In this document: positions 18,461-20,000 of the stretch, in pieces
Layout: each line of letters begins with the position of its first letter
How positions within the stretch are numbered: position 1 is the stretch's first letter
From: Pachysolen tannophilus NRRL Y-2460
Lineage: Eukaryota
Assembly: GCA_001661245.1 (NCBI GenBank)
Contig: KV454012.1
Location: 2,173,614 to 2,193,613, forward strand
DNA: 20,000 bases
Direction of reading: 5' to 3'
The notes under the pieces: generated by a model
Told to the model about the DNA's origin: nothing
The model's database searches: none
The model's input: only the letters and a program-made list of their open reading frames with translations
Translations under genes and position numbers: made by a program

Positions 18461-19780
18461 ACATTTATAATATAAAAAATTGAAGAAAAAACAGCTATGC
18501 ACTGTTTCCGAATTTACTTGAAGTTCAAGTTTTTGTTTTAGATTGTACTATAAATAATCATATCATGTTAGATCTAGTGTAAATAGAAGTCTTAGCATAT
18601 AAGTAAATTCACTGTAAACCTTGAATACATAGTAACGGCCTCCGATACACTTAAAACTGCCAGAAGTAGCCAATAACCTTTTCTCTCAGAAGTATATGAA
18701 AAAAACATAGAAGCTTACCAAAAGACAAAATAAAAGGCAATGGTAGAAGATGCACTAAACTAATACGAAAGAATCAATTTTTATGTTTCAACTCAGTAAG
18801 TAAGTATAATCGAAGAATTAATCAACCTAAATTTAGATTTATAGCTTTATAATGGCAATAAATGATAACTATTACAAGCATAAGTTGTTATGCAAATAAA
18901 AAAAAGTACTGTGAAATCCATCAATAAATATATAGCTTTGTTTATGGAAACTCTCCAACCACCTTCAATATGACGAAGATTTGGGAATATAACTAAAACA
19001 AATTGTTTGCATTGGGAGATGGTGTAAGTGGTGTGAGGTGTAAATAAAACTCGAAAGGTAGAGGTTTGGCTTTATTAAAAAGTAGTAAAGTATAATGTGA
19101 GAGTGTCCTGCATACGTAATGATGCTTTTCAGCGTCTAAATTGCAGAACTGTTGCAGAAAGGAAGAATTGGAAAGATAATGTACTAATGCGAGCTATTTT
19201 GGTCCATAAAATGCTCTACATGATGAAAATCACAAAGAATAAGAAAAACATCGGTTGATTGAACACAAAGAAGAGTTTGAAAACTATTGATCTCTGAAAT
19301 GCAATAAATTTCTGATGAAAAAGCAAAAAAAAAAACGAATAAGTTTACTTGTAATTCATTTCAAAAAGGATTTTGCTTCAATGAATGTAAAAATACTGAA
19401 TCTGATTTATCTAAAAATATGTAACAAAATTGTAGAATATTATTTCCGTTTGTGAACAGAAATCTGACAATATCAGCAAAAAAAACTGGAATCATGGTGC
19501 AAATGCTGTAGTCTGAAACGGATACCTTTTTTTACATCATTAGTCGTCGTTAAGTAATGATAAGCTCTTACTGCTTTATCTTGCATGTAGATCATTGTAA
19601 TGTACATAATAGAAATGAAAGACAACTGATAGTATGGTAATAAAGATAACAAAGTCAATTAATACCTAATTCATTGAGTTTAGCTCAGTAAATAAAAATG
19701 AGTGAAATTGTTTCCGAGCAGCAAAAATTGGGGAAAAAAAGAAAAATCTACTTAAAACTATGTTTGGAATAATAGAAATA

Positions 19781-20000
19781 GTGGTGGTGTGGTGGTGTGG
19801 TGGTGTGAGTGGTGTGAGTGGTGTGAGTGGTGTGAGTGGTGTGAGTGGTGTGAGTGGTGTGAGTGGTGTGAGTGGTGTGAGTGGTGTGAGTGGTGTGAGT
19901 GGTGTGAGTGGTGTGAGTGGTGTGAGTGGTGTGAGTGGTGTGAGTGGTGTGAGTGGTGTGAGTGGTGTGAGTGGTGTGAGTGGTGTGAGTGGTGTGAGTG
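19781..20000 (+). repeat. Telomeric repeat array: 3 x GTGGTGGT (19781-19804), then 21 full + 1 partial GTGAGTGGT (19805-20000)
   Basis: Perfect G/T-rich tandem array running 5'->3' to the end of the sequence and containing the GGTGT core common to budding-yeast telomeres. Confidence 0.92.

Noticed and set aside
19781..20000. Terminal repeat as a CRISPR array or coding repeat
   Set aside because: There are no spacers, the context is eukaryotic, and the G-strand orientation and terminal position fit a telomere.

Overview
AT-rich budding-yeast (Saccharomycotina-type) DNA covering the last 20 kb of a chromosome arm. It ends in a G-rich telomeric array of 9-bp GTGAGTGGT units, preceded by three 8-bp variant units. 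At the left is the 5' part of a Q-rich LIM-domain-binding (Mfg1/PtaB-like) gene that runs off the window. The rest is a compact subtelomeric cluster that looks like a nitrogen-scavenging system in two modules. Module 1 has an aldo-keto reductase, an NCS1 permease and a 2OG-Fe(II) dioxygenase, whose promoters share GATAA, GGTGGAG and GTGGGC motifs, next to a two-finger C2H2/Fungal_trans transcription factor. Module 2 has a Dal5-family MFS transporter divergent from a flavocytochrome b2-like gene, and a Zn2Cys6 factor divergent from a sarcosine/pipecolate/fructosyl-amine oxidase-family flavoenzyme. The main oddities are: (a) the C2H2 gene is split into two halves on opposite strands by an apparent ~1.09-kb inversion and rejoins in frame; (b) the flavocytochrome b2 homologue has Thr for the catalytic His (SNTGGR) and His for the active-site Tyr (QLH); (c) some CTG codons fit Ala better than Leu. 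All family calls come from motif recognition by eye; no database searches were run.
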